The notes under the pieces were generated by a model, which saw only the letters and a list, made by a program, of their open reading frames with translations, was not told the DNA's origin and searched no databases. Below are positions 56,311-64,000 of a stretch of DNA of 64,000 nt, piece by piece. This DNA comes from Clostridia bacterium (GTDB taxonomy: Bacteria > Bacillota > Clostridia > Lachnospirales > Anaerotignaceae), in the NCBI GenBank assembly GCA_022651385.1, contig JALCQR010000003.1, positions 56,967 through 120,966 of the forward strand, written 5' to 3'. Numbering within the stretch: the stretch's first letter is position 1; the number at the start of each line of letters is the position of its first letter. Position numbers and translations under genes: made by a program.

Positions 56311-57869
56311 TCGGCATCATCCTTTTTAGGCTCATTGCCTTTATCAGGCTGATTATTCTGTTTATTCATTTGCTGATAAGTGCTGTATTTCTCCATATTT
56401 TCTTTTTCCTGTGCATCAAGCTCTTTAAGCTCGGCATTTACATCATCCACAAACGGATGATGTGCAAGAAGCGTCTTATCTGAAACAATACCCTTTGACT
56501 GGTTAATCATATTTACGGTTTCGACGTCATTCATAGGCTGTGAATAATTAAGGGTAACGTCTATAGAACCGCTGTCATATGCAGTGCCGTTGTGCCTGTT
56601 GTAATCATCCGTAATAAACCAAAAGAACTCTTTAATCGCCTTCTTGAGCTTTGCAGCCATACTTTCAGCTTTTTCTCTTAACAACTGGTAGTGAAATCTA
56701 AGGCTTACGCCACTTGGCGCATTTCCGAAAGTATCGTTTTCAATGTCAACACCCATTCCGAATTTATAAATATCCCGGTTAAGCATCTTCAAATACTCAA
56801 TACGCCCGCTTACAGGAAGCTCCACCTGTTTTGCTTCCACACTTCCGGAACTGTCGGAAATGTTTACGGCCTTGTTTATCTGAAGCTTTTTTGCTATTGC
56901 TCCAGCCGTTTCTCCGCCGTAGCCCTGTATTACCCAGTACAGGTCAACAAGGTCAAGAAAGTTGTTTGTGCCTTCGCTTGATATCATGTCGTAGGCATCT
57001 ATTAAACCCTTTATAGGCTGTAAGTCTGTTGTACTGTTCCTGTTGTTTTTAAGTATTATAAACGGCACCTTTCCCCACGAATGCGGGACCCGTTTCTTTT
57101 CCATTCCGTTTACAAGGCTTATGTCCCAAAAATGCGGCGACGGATTAGGAATGTCAGTATCTTTTATAAATATGTTCGGCTCTCTTTCGGTGTAATAAGT
57201 TACGTCCTGCTTCGTCCACCACTCGACTTTACGACGGCGGTATTTCTGGCCGGATTTTATAACGGTTATCTCATAATACCGTATTAACTGCTCAAGCTCA
57301 CGCTGGTAATTTGTGTCATAAACAGGTATGATTTCTTCAGCCGGAACAATACAATACTGAAGATTTCCCATATCATCATAATAGACATGCAGTGCTTCAA
57401 AGCCTTTGTTTGAGGCGCCTGTTACCCAGTCCTGCAATGTCTCATTGAAGTTCTCATCAGCAAATTTTGCAATTAGATCCTCGTATGTTTTAAGCTCTTT
57501 GTTTTCTTCTGCACCTTCAACACTAAGCGTAGGTTCACGGCCTACAATGAAGCTTGTTTTTTGGTCTACAAGTATTCTGTGGAAGGCATTTACATTGTGA
57601 TGATTGCTTCGGTTTGGATTGCTGAAAGTCTTTACAGTTTCAGTCTCGCTGCCGTCAGCATCGGCCTGTGTTTCCGATATCCTGGATGTTCTGTAATCCT
57701 TTTGAAGCGTGTCATGTTCACCTACGTAATACCGCTCACCCTCGGACATATGCTTCTTTTGAAGGCTTATACTGTCCTCTGTCAGTATGTATTTGATTAT
57801 GTCGCTTTCGTTCATCTGCCCTGCTAATGATAGCTTGGCATTTATAATGTCTGCCTGTGTTAAATACAT
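56307..57869 (-). CDS. portal protein (SPP1 gp6-like)
   Basis: 520 aa, positioned between terL and MuF, with an acidic/basic C-terminal tail. Confidence 0.87.
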   Translation of the reverse strand: MYLTQADIINAKLSLAGQMNESDIIKYILTEDSISLQKKHMSEGERYYVGEHDTLQKDYRTSRISETQADADGSETETVKTFSNPNRSNHHNVNAFHRILVDQKTSFIVGREPTLSVEGAEENKELKTYEDLIAKFADENFNETLQDWVTGASNKGFEALHVYYDDMGNLQYCIVPAEEIIPVYDTNYQRELEQLIRYYEITVIKSGQKYRRRKVEWWTKQDVTYYTEREPNIFIKDTDIPNPSPHFWDISLVNGMEKKRVPHSWGKVPFIILKNNRNSTTDLQPIKGLIDAYDMISSEGTNNFLDLVDLYWVIQGYGGETAGAIAKKLQINKAVNISDSSGSVEAKQVELPVSGRIEYLKMLNRDIYKFGMGVDIENDTFGNAPSGVSLRFHYQLLREKAESMAAKLKKAIKEFFWFITDDYNRHNGTAYDSGSIDVTLNYSQPMNDVETVNMINQSKGIVSDKTLLAHHPFVDDVNAELKELDAQEKENMEKYSTYQQMNKQNNQPDKGNEPKKDDAE

Positions 57870-57870
57870 T

Positions 57871-59100
57871 TTATCTCACCTTCGTATTCCTCATATCAAA
57901 TTCACGGCTGTAACGTACGGCATCAATACTGTGGTTATTCTTGTCAGGAAAGCGGGCCTTAAAACCATCGTTTCCGTCAGGCTCAAGGGCATACTCCAAA
58001 AACTCTTTTGCTGTCTTCGGGCACCGCATTGGATCTATTATTATCTGCTCTAAATCCTGAAGCCATTTAACACCGTATTCCACACTGTCGGGCCCTTTCT
58101 TAGCTCCTATGGCTTTAATGCCGTAGCTGTTAATTTCGGCTATAGATTTTGGCTCCGCGCTGTCGCATACAATCACGCTGTTTGATTTATTCTCGGTCTT
58201 AATAAGTTCTGCGGCCTTTCTGTTTGACAGGCCTACAAGCTGTATCTCATAGAAAATATAAAGCCTGCGGCGCGTTTTGTCATAATGATTAACCGTGTAG
58301 TGAAACGGATCGCTCGCATAGCCCCAGTCAAGACCTCGTGAAACGTGGTCGAAATGCTCTATTTCCTCGTCTGTAATCGTTCGTATTTTGAGGTTTGTAA
58401 ATACCTCGCCGCCTGTGCCGGTTACTTCGCCGAGATACTCATGTTTATAAGCCTGTTCGTTAATCTTTTTAAGATGTTCAGCCTCAACAAAAAACTGCTC
58501 TCCAAGCCATTTACGCGGCACAGTCAAATAAGTGCTGTGGTGCACAAGCCTGTCGGTTCTGGCTTTTAATATCTCCTCATTTACCCAGTTACGCTGTGAC
58601 TTAGGCGGATTGTAAGAATAAAAAACTAAGCTTTCGCCTCCACGCATTAAGCTTTGGTTTATTGTCCTTATTTCTTCCATGCCTGTAAACTCGTCAACTT
58701 CTTCATACCAAACATACTTGCAATAACCCTGACGGAACTTAGTTGATTTTATCTTTTTGGGTTTGTCTGCACCTCTGAAAATGATACGCTGGCCGGTAGG
58801 AATGTATATAAGTTCAAGCGGGCTTAGTTTGCTCTGCCAAAAGTTATCTACGCCAAGTGTTGAAATAGCCCACAGTAATTGTTCATAAACACTGTCTTTT
58901 AAGTTCATGCCGACTTTTCTAAGCGCCACACAGTTTGCATATTTGTCTTTCATCATTCCGAGAATTATCTCAACAGAAACAAAGGACGACTTCGTGCTTC
59001 CACGGCCGCCCTTAAAAAAGTAATGCGTATGATCATTGTTTTTTATATCTATGTGTGCATCGTAAAATGCCGGCGATATTATGTCACTTAGTTTCGGCAT
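57871..59100 (-). CDS. terminase large subunit (PBSX XtmB-like)
   Basis: 409 aa with Walker A FFKGGRGSTKS and nuclease-domain acidic residues (SIDAVRY). Confidence 0.92.
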   Translation of the reverse strand: MPKLSDIISPAFYDAHIDIKNNDHTHYFFKGGRGSTKSSFVSVEIILGMMKDKYANCVALRKVGMNLKDSVYEQLLWAISTLGVDNFWQSKLSPLELIYIPTGQRIIFRGADKPKKIKSTKFRQGYCKYVWYEEVDEFTGMEEIRTINQSLMRGGESLVFYSYNPPKSQRNWVNEEILKARTDRLVHHSTYLTVPRKWLGEQFFVEAEHLKKINEQAYKHEYLGEVTGTGGEVFTNLKIRTITDEEIEHFDHVSRGLDWGYASDPFHYTVNHYDKTRRRLYIFYEIQLVGLSNRKAAELIKTENKSNSVIVCDSAEPKSIAEINSYGIKAIGAKKGPDSVEYGVKWLQDLEQIIIDPMRCPKTAKEFLEYALEPDGNDGFKARFPDKNNHSIDAVRYSREFDMRNTKVR

Positions 59101-59530
59101 TATCCGTGCCCCCTATATCGTCAATAATCTGCACTGCCGCGGTACCTTCAAGTTTTACATTATCTGTAAACAGATTATAGCGCTTTCCGAGAAGCTCAGC
59201 GGCCTTAATCCTGTCTTTTGCGCCAATATCTTTCTTGACAAGCTCCTGACAGCCGTCACCGCAAAGTATAGGCACTTCTTCTTTTTCCTCGCCTCTCATA
59301 ACCTTGCTGAGATACTGCATAACCTCTTGTGCCTTAGCTATCTTGCGGTCATTAATTTTCTTAAGCTGCTCATCAACGTACTTTTTAACCTTAGTATTTC
59401 TTAGCAACTTAGATGCACATGCTGCAGCCGCTTCATCCTTCTTTACACTCGGATATGCCGCCTTATATGCTCTGGTGGCATTAAGGTCGATTATATATTC
59501 ATCTGCAAAGCGTTTTTGTTTTTCGGTCAT
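59084..59530 (-). CDS. terminase small subunit (Terminase_2 / XtmA-like)
   Basis: MTEKQKRFADEYIIDLNATRAYKAAYP signature. Start trimmed to the Met behind AAGGAAGGGGTGA. The upstream part of the track ORF is a terminator hairpin. Confidence 0.82.
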   Translation of the reverse strand: MTEKQKRFADEYIIDLNATRAYKAAYPSVKKDEAAAACASKLLRNTKVKKYVDEQLKKINDRKIAKAQEVMQYLSKVMRGEEKEEVPILCGDGCQELVKKDIGAKDRIKAAELLGKRYNLFTDNVKLEGTAAVQIIDDIGGTDNAETK

Positions 59531-59558
59531 AATGTCACCCCTTCCTTTTTCTCCATTC

Positions 59559-59585
59559 AAAAAGGGCACCGGTTCGGCGATGCCC
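59559..59585 (-). terminator. intrinsic terminator in the terS leader
   Basis: Minus strand reads GGGCAUCG-CCGAAC-CGGUGCCC followed by UUUUUGAAU, about 28 nt upstream of the terS ATG. Confidence 0.55.
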
Positions 59586-59681
59586 TTAAACGAAAGGAGG
59601 TGTAAATGTAAAACCATACTACCTAAAAATTTATACTATCACTATATCACGGAAAAGCCGCTTTTTCTTCTCAAAAATTTA

Positions 59682-60128
59682 TCATCCTATAAGTAGCTTT
59701 TTAAATTTCTTTACAGCAGCTGTTTTTCTACGATAAACACTTGCAACCTCGCAATGTAATGTCTCACAAAGTACGTCAACTGCGTCCTGTCTTCTTATAT
59801 ATCCTGATTGATAAAATTCTTTAAGTACAAGCTGTTCTTCCTCATTCAGTTTATTCCAAGCAAGATTATAAGCGGCATTAAACCTATAAATATCGTTAAG
59901 TTTTTTAATTGTTTCCTGTTTTTCTATTACAAGATTAAGGCTTTTATCGTTATATTCTCCGCCGTCAACTGGTTCTTTTTCTGTATCTATAGCAGACACA
60001 CTCGACATTTCCTGCTCAAGTTCATTAAGACGCATACGAAGATTTGTTTCAGCCGTTTTCTTATTTGGCTGGTCCTTTAAAATACCTTCAACCGCCCTGT
60101 CATAGTTTATGTAATCGCTAAGTATCAT
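59682..60128 (-). CDS. late-gene transcriptional activator candidate (ArpU/RinA-like, sigma-70 region-4-like C-terminus)
   Basis: 148 aa. The C-terminal LNEEEQLVLKEFYQSGYIRRQDAVDVLCETLHCEVASVYRRKTAAVKKF resembles a region-4 HTH. Sits immediately upstream of terS. Confidence 0.5.
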   Translation of the reverse strand: MILSDYINYDRAVEGILKDQPNKKTAETNLRMRLNELEQEMSSVSAIDTEKEPVDGGEYNDKSLNLVIEKQETIKKLNDIYRFNAAYNLAWNKLNEEEQLVLKEFYQSGYIRRQDAVDVLCETLHCEVASVYRRKTAAVKKFKKLLIG

Positions 60129-60133
60129 CTAAG

Positions 60134-60349
60134 TCACCTCTTATTTTGCGGCTTATGAAATTCTAAAGTTATCGTTATGCCATTGTCTTCTCTGTGGCAG
60201 TATTCTGCTTCGCTCAGCATAGAAATTAAGGCCATAAGCCACATCAATATGTATGAAGCATAAGTGATATCACCAATTACTATGTTGATAAGCCCCATCG
60301 CAAACCAAAATATAAAAAATATAAGCGGCGGATTAATCTTTATCTTCAT
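60134..60349 (-). CDS. small two-TM membrane protein
   Basis: 71 aa with two hydrophobic segments. Confidence 0.45.
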   Translation of the reverse strand: MKIKINPPLIFFIFWFAMGLINIVIGDITYASYILMWLMALISMLSEAEYCHREDNGITITLEFHKPQNKR

Positions 60350-60655
60350 TTAATTGCCCCTTTCCCTACTATCATTTTCTATTCTTGATAAAGTTCTCTC
60401 AATTTTCGCTTGTTCAATTTCATCAACTCGACTGTCTGAAAACAAATAAATACACTGTTTTAATACAAGCCGTACATCTGCCATTTCCTCGCATAAATTT
60501 TCTGCTAAATCTTCTAATTTGTCATATCCTTCGATATTCTTATACTTTTTCAGTTTACAGATAGCCTGTGTCAGCTCCGCCATTTCCTCAATAAGCTGCG
60601 TTTCCTGCGCTTCTAAACCGTAGTAATCAGCTATGTATTTTATTTTTTCGTCCAT
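60350..60655 (-). CDS. MazG-like nucleotide pyrophosphohydrolase
   Basis: 101 aa with an EEMAELTQAI...EEMADV acidic helix pair typical of the all-alpha NTP-PPase fold. Confidence 0.68.
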   Translation of the reverse strand: MDEKIKYIADYYGLEAQETQLIEEMAELTQAICKLKKYKNIEGYDKLEDLAENLCEEMADVRLVLKQCIYLFSDSRVDEIEQAKIERTLSRIENDSRERGN

Positions 60656-60843
60656 GTAAACGCATCCTTTCCGTTATGATATTTTTCTAATTCTAATTTT
60701 AATACCTGATTTTCTTTAACCGCCCGTATTGCAATTTTAAGGGCCTTAACATCTTGTTCCCAAATATCATTTTGTTCTTCATGAAAGCTATTACTGTTAT
60801 CTATTAGGCTTTCAAGCTGATGTATAACTTCATCCGCATTCAT
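60640..60843 (-). CDS. hypothetical phage protein
   Basis: 67 aa, coupled to its neighbours. Confidence 0.42.
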   Translation of the reverse strand: MNADEVIHQLESLIDNSNSFHEEQNDIWEQDVKALKIAIRAVKENQVLKLELEKYHNGKDAFTWTKK

Positions 60844-61067
60844 AACTGCTTCTCCTCTAATTTTGCTTTTTGTTCTCTTACCAATTCCAACATTGAATAG
60901 CCCTCCGTAAAAGATGTATGACCATTACGTCCAAGTTTATTTTTCTGCCTAATAAATGCCCTTTGGTTCTCCTGAAAGTTTTCAGTATCTCTTACAATTT
61001 CAATTCTTAATAAGTCTAATTCTTTTGATGTTTGGCAATCTTTTATTCTTTGTAATAAACTTTTCAT
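60840..61067 (-). CDS. hypothetical phage protein
   Basis: About 75 aa from MKSLLQRIK behind AAAGGGGA. The track ORF starts further upstream at 61124. Confidence 0.4.
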   Translation of the reverse strand: MKSLLQRIKDCQTSKELDLLRIEIVRDTENFQENQRAFIRQKNKLGRNGHTSFTEGYSMLELVREQKAKLEEKQL

Positions 61068-61096
61068 ATTTTTATCCCCTTTTATTTTTAATACTC

Positions 61097-61408
61097 TCAG
61101 TCCTTGCTTACAAAATAAGGACATTCAATATCGTTTGTTCCTAAATAGCACACGTCACATTTTATACAGCTTCCGCATTTTGTCATTTTGTCGCTTGCTT
61201 TCGTTTTCAAATCAACACGGCCGATAAGGTAATCCACCGATACATTAAAAATATCAGCCAAAGCAATAAGCTCTTTTATGCCCGGCTCATTTCTTCCGGT
61301 CTCGTAATTAGAAATAGCCGTATATCCGTAGTTAAGCCTTTTGCCAAGCTCAGTCTGTGTCATTTTGTTTTCTTTTCTTAGCTTTTTAAGCCTGTCCTTA
61401 AATTCCAT
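61097..61408 (-). CDS. XRE-family HTH protein with a Cys-rich C-terminal tail
   Basis: LKKLRKENKMTQTELGKRLNYGYTAISNYETGRNEPGIKELIALADIFNVSVDYLIGR, followed by CGSCIKCDVCYLGTNDIECPYF. Confidence 0.8.
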   Translation of the reverse strand: MEFKDRLKKLRKENKMTQTELGKRLNYGYTAISNYETGRNEPGIKELIALADIFNVSVDYLIGRVDLKTKASDKMTKCGSCIKCDVCYLGTNDIECPYFVSKD

Positions 61409-61425
61409 ACTACGCTCCCACCTTT

Positions 61426-62250
61426 TTAACTACTGAAATCTGTAAATTCAGACAATTTCATTTGATTATTCGGTTCAAAGTTCATCCATAATATTTCTTT
61501 TTTCTTACTGCATACCTGTGAATATGATATTGTTTCTTCTCTGTGCCAATTTTTTAATTTATCTCTGTAAAGCTCTGTATCATATCCGCTTATCAGCACA
61601 GGCCCTTTATGCCGCAATAGAACATCTAAAAGTTGTTCATGGTCTTTGTCTTTCATTTCGCACCGATATTGTTTCCCGTGTCTGGTCTGCAGCATATACG
61701 GAGGATCGCAATAAATAAGCACATTTGAATAATTAAATCTTTGTATCAAATCAATCGCCGGTTTGTTCTCTATCTGTACTCCTCTTAAACGTTCAGCCGC
61801 CTGTATGATTTTTTTGGGAAGATTACACCAATCCTGTGAAGCATAGGCTTTTTCTCTGCCTTGTATATCATTTTTCCAGCCGACTTTTTCACCGTTTGTT
61901 CTAAACCCATGTCCCATATTGCAGCGTATGTAAAATTGTATTGCTTTTTCAAACTTATCAGCCGGTACCGTTTTATAGCTGTCTTCATAAACTGCTCTGG
62001 CATACGGCGTATAATAAATATATCTGGCCAGCTTTTCCGGATCATTGCGGATACACTCAAACAGATTGATTACATTTCCGTCCAAATCATTTATTGTTTC
62101 TATGTCTGACCGCGGCTTATTAAACAATACGGCTCCGCTTCCGAAAAACGGTTCCAAGTAGCTGTGGTGTTCTGGAAAAAAGTCTATTATCCATTGAGCT
62201 ATACTCCATTTACTTCCTGGATATTTGATTACCGCTTTTATTTTTTTCAC
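61426..62250 (-). CDS. dam: DNA adenine methyltransferase (Dam / D12 class), orphan
   Basis: YPGSKW, the EPFFGSGAV SAM motif and the CDPPY catalytic motif. No adjacent endonuclease gene. Confidence 0.87.
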   Translation of the reverse strand: MKKIKAVIKYPGSKWSIAQWIIDFFPEHHSYLEPFFGSGAVLFNKPRSDIETINDLDGNVINLFECIRNDPEKLARYIYYTPYARAVYEDSYKTVPADKFEKAIQFYIRCNMGHGFRTNGEKVGWKNDIQGREKAYASQDWCNLPKKIIQAAERLRGVQIENKPAIDLIQRFNYSNVLIYCDPPYMLQTRHGKQYRCEMKDKDHEQLLDVLLRHKGPVLISGYDTELYRDKLKNWHREETISYSQVCSKKKEILWMNFEPNNQMKLSEFTDFSS

Positions 62251-62273
62251 CTTCTAATTCACTTTTCAAATAT

Positions 62274-62489
62274 TTATTCTTCACCTGCAAACCATTTCCG
62301 GCATTTCCTGACCGGATAAAAATACTTCTCTTTACGCAGTTTGTATTTTCTCTTCATCGCCTTATCAAATATATAAAACGGCATGCCATATCTGCGGTAA
62401 GATGCCAAACAGCTTGCATTTGATACATAAAATTCCTCGACCGCATCCATACCCGTTACATACTCAATTCCGTCTTTAACAAATCTCAT
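62274..62489 (-). CDS. hypothetical phage protein
   Basis: 71 aa, basic. Confidence 0.42.
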   Translation of the reverse strand: MRFVKDGIEYVTGMDAVEEFYVSNASCLASYRRYGMPFYIFDKAMKRKYKLRKEKYFYPVRKCRKWFAGEE

Positions 62490-62491
62490 GT

Positions 62492-62863
62492 TTAAGCCTC
62501 GCCTTCATCACCTGTTATAGTCACCTTTACACCCTGTTTTTTCTCATACACAAACACGTCTTTAAAACCACTTATGTATTTATTCCCGTCGTCTTTTAAA
62601 ATCCGGCTTTTCTGCAAAGCGTCAAGGATAAACTTTTTTGCAAAGCACACATTGTCCTTGTCCCGCCGTTTGTTTTTCTCGTGCCACTCAAAAGTTATAA
62701 ATGCCGGCGGTGTAAACTCGCCCGTGCCGGACAGTGCTATTTCAAACATAATCTTTTCTTCGGCGTCCTTTTTCATGCCTGCTGAAGCATATTTATTGCC
62801 CCTGCTTACTTTCGTATATTCATTAAGAGTCGGAAGGCCGCCCTCTATCCAAAATTCAAACAT
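62492..62863 (-). CDS. rusA: RusA-family Holliday junction resolvase
   Basis: 123 aa with the KRRDKDNVCFAKKFILDALQKSRILKDDG acidic-residue pattern. Confidence 0.78.
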   Translation of the reverse strand: MFEFWIEGGLPTLNEYTKVSRGNKYASAGMKKDAEEKIMFEIALSGTGEFTPPAFITFEWHEKNKRRDKDNVCFAKKFILDALQKSRILKDDGNKYISGFKDVFVYEKKQGVKVTITGDEGEA

Positions 62864-62872
62864 CTTTGCCTC

Positions 62873-63727
62873 CTACATTTCCTCACGCACTTTTTTTTCA
62901 ATTGCCGCATAATCATACTGCCTTTGGGAATAGCTGTTAAAACTGTTTTTCTTAGCTTTTTGTTCAGCTGTACCGGATAAACCCGCAGATTTTGAATAAT
63001 TCCCCTCAAGGATTTTTATTGCGTTTGCCGGTTTTAATATCCAGTCAAAATCAGCCCTCCACCCTCGGTCATTGCTGCCGGTCAAAAAAGCACTTTGCTG
63101 TGCAGTATCCAAAAGTGTTTTCAGGTCCTCTTTGCTGTGTTTTTTCAAAAAGCTCCTTAAAGCCGTTTTGCGTCTTTCCGTTATTTCGCGCACAGCAGGA
63201 AAAGCAGTGCACTGAGTATTAAAATACTGCCGTATACGCTCATAATCCATTTTCGGCCTCTCGCTTTTGGGCGTATCATCGTCGGTTTCCGGCGGTAATT
63301 CCTTTGTATTCCTTATATCGTTTTGTTTAGTTTTGTTTTGTTTACTAATGGTATCATTTGCAGTATCACTTGCAGTATTGTTTGCAGTATCATCTGTAGT
63401 ATCATTTGTAGTATCATTTGCAGTATCATCTGTAGTATGAAAATCACACTGCAGCAGTGAATTTATGTGATATATGGCCGCTTGGTTTCCCCGCTTTTGA
63501 AAATCTATGAGCCCTTTGTCCTTCAGCATATTCCTTGCTCTTAAAACAGCCTGCTTGTTCAGGCCGGTTTTGACTTCGAGCACCACAACAGCTACCGTAA
63601 AGTTATCCTGCCACTTCGATTTATTCGCTATGTGCATTAATGCATGCCACAGGGCAATTCCCGACGTAGGTAGTTGGTTCACTTCGAGCCAGTCATAAAA
63701 TGCTTTAATCTCCAGCAAGTAATTCAT
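62873..63727 (-). CDS. phage replication initiation/organiser protein (winged-helix N-terminus, DnaD-like)
   Basis: 284 aa. N-terminal wHTH-like region (GLNKQAVLRARNMLKDKGLIDF), a central T/D/N repeat linker, and a C-terminal ...RGWRADFDWILKPANAIKILEGNY motif seen in Firmicutes phage replication proteins. Confidence 0.62.
   Translation of the reverse strand: MNYLLEIKAFYDWLEVNQLPTSGIALWHALMHIANKSKWQDNFTVAVVVLEVKTGLNKQAVLRARNMLKDKGLIDFQKRGNQAAIYHINSLLQCDFHTTDDTANDTTNDTTDDTANNTASDTANDTISKQNKTKQNDIRNTKELPPETDDDTPKSERPKMDYERIRQYFNTQCTAFPAVREITERRKTALRSFLKKHSKEDLKTLLDTAQQSAFLTGSNDRGWRADFDWILKPANAIKILEGNYSKSAGLSGTAEQKAKKNSFNSYSQRQYDYAAIEKKVREEM
63349..63440. repeat. 7-8 tandem copies of a 12-bp unit (c/tagtatcatt/ctg), iteron-like, inside the replication gene
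   Basis: Read directly: tggtatcatttg cagtatcacttg cagtattgtttg cagtatcatctg tagtatcatttg tagtatcatttg cagtatcatctg tagtatga. In frame, encoding (T/A)(N/D)DT repeats. Confidence 0.85.
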
Positions 63728-63800
63728 TTAATCACCTTTTTCGTATACCTATGTAATATATCTGCTGCCCGTTTTAACCGCAGGCAGCAAGTTATTTATA

Positions 63801-64000
63801 TCAGAATGGCAAGTCGTCATCTTCCAAGTCTTCACCAATAGGATAAAAACCGTCTGAAGTTTTGCCTTTCAGCTGCTTAAGCTTTGCCACTTGAAAATTG
63901 CCTTTTTTAATGTCGTCGGCTGTTTTAAAAGCTGATACATAAAGCCTTGTTTTAAGACTGCCGTCTTTGCCGACATATTCTTCTTCAGACAAAACAATAC
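63801..64000 (-). CDS. ssb: single-stranded DNA-binding protein, C-terminal part (N-terminus beyond the right edge)
   Basis: Ends with the acidic tip EDLEDDDLPF. The frame stays open to position 64000. Confidence 0.7.
   Translation of the reverse strand, partial: IVLSEEEYVGKDGSLKTRLYVSAFKTADDIKKGNFQVAKLKQLKGKTSDGFYPIGEDLEDDDLPF

Larger units (their letters stand above)
36240..64000 (-). mobile_element. PBSX-like contractile-tail prophage (left end approximate; continues past the right edge)
   Basis: Uninterrupted minus-strand run of replication, packaging, head, tail and lysis genes in canonical order. The XkdK/M/N/O/P/Q/R/S/T/U/V/W/X-type tail block is followed by lysis genes. No integrase or repressor is in the window, so the lysogeny module lies beyond 64 kb. 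The left boundary lies somewhere between 35971 and 38625. Confidence 0.85.

Noticed and set aside
59594-59606. Plus-strand AAAGGAGGTG-TAA-ATG-TAA 'start-stop' element.
   Set aside because: It lies antisense to all the surrounding phage genes. It is most simply the complement of purine-poor leader sequence.

Overview
Low-GC Firmicutes (Clostridia-like) chromosomal window. No rRNA, tRNA or CRISPR array was seen.

Positions 1-36 kb are mostly housekeeping genes:
- Minus strand: pyrF-pyrC-pyrB.
- Plus strand: prfC, a DUF523 gene, ktrB-ktrA.
- A minus-strand block: rmlA, a HAD hydrolase, thiE-thiM-thiW, a PrsA-like lipoprotein, mfd, pth, two tandem D-2-hydroxyacid dehydrogenase paralogues, prs, glmU, and an ABC permease/ATPase pair.
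- A plus-strand block: macro-domain protein, hpf, SIMPL/DUF541, cfa, pfkA, TraX.
- Minus strand again: dedA, comM/yifB and a large SpoIID/LytB-domain lipoprotein.

The glmU-prs-pth-mfd order is the origin-proximal arrangement known from Bacillus and Clostridium.

Two accessory regions interrupt the housekeeping genes:
1. A ~1.9-kb islet at 7.7-9.6 kb. It holds an orphan large serine recombinase, a 40-codon upstream ORF, and a hairpin-rich non-coding stretch bounded by two identical 25-bp repeats.
2. A PBSX-like contractile-tail prophage running from about 36.2/38.6 kb past the right edge, with every gene on the minus strand. In transcription order it carries SSB, a replication organiser with iteron-like repeats, RusA, Dam, XRE, MazG, a late activator, terS/terL, portal, MuF/gp7, scaffold, capsid, connectors, sheath, tube, a chaperone with a -1 frameshift site, tape measure, an XkdP-to-XkdX baseplate/fibre set, a BhlA/XhlA-like protein, holin and a GH25 endolysin. 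The lysogeny module must lie beyond 64 kb.

Most interesting observations:
- An AT-rich two-gene cassette (ABC-type ATPase plus a HEPN Rx4H protein) sits between the endolysin and host DNA, with its own spacer and terminator. It is a candidate defence system that I cannot assign to a named, validated family.
- The MuF head protein has an extra ~180-aa C-terminal domain, followed by an overlapping 68-aa ORF and a terminator. This layout resembles a polymorphic toxin with its immunity gene.
- A glycine-zipper moron lies between the tail chaperone and the tape measure.
- The recombinase islet contains structured-RNA-like repeats.
- Three tandem DnaA boxes lie upstream of hpf.
- pyrB has a leader-peptide-plus-terminator attenuator.
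- thiW has a short terminator-type leader where a TPP riboswitch would be expected.

All calls come from reading the sequence and the ORF translations. No database search was run.
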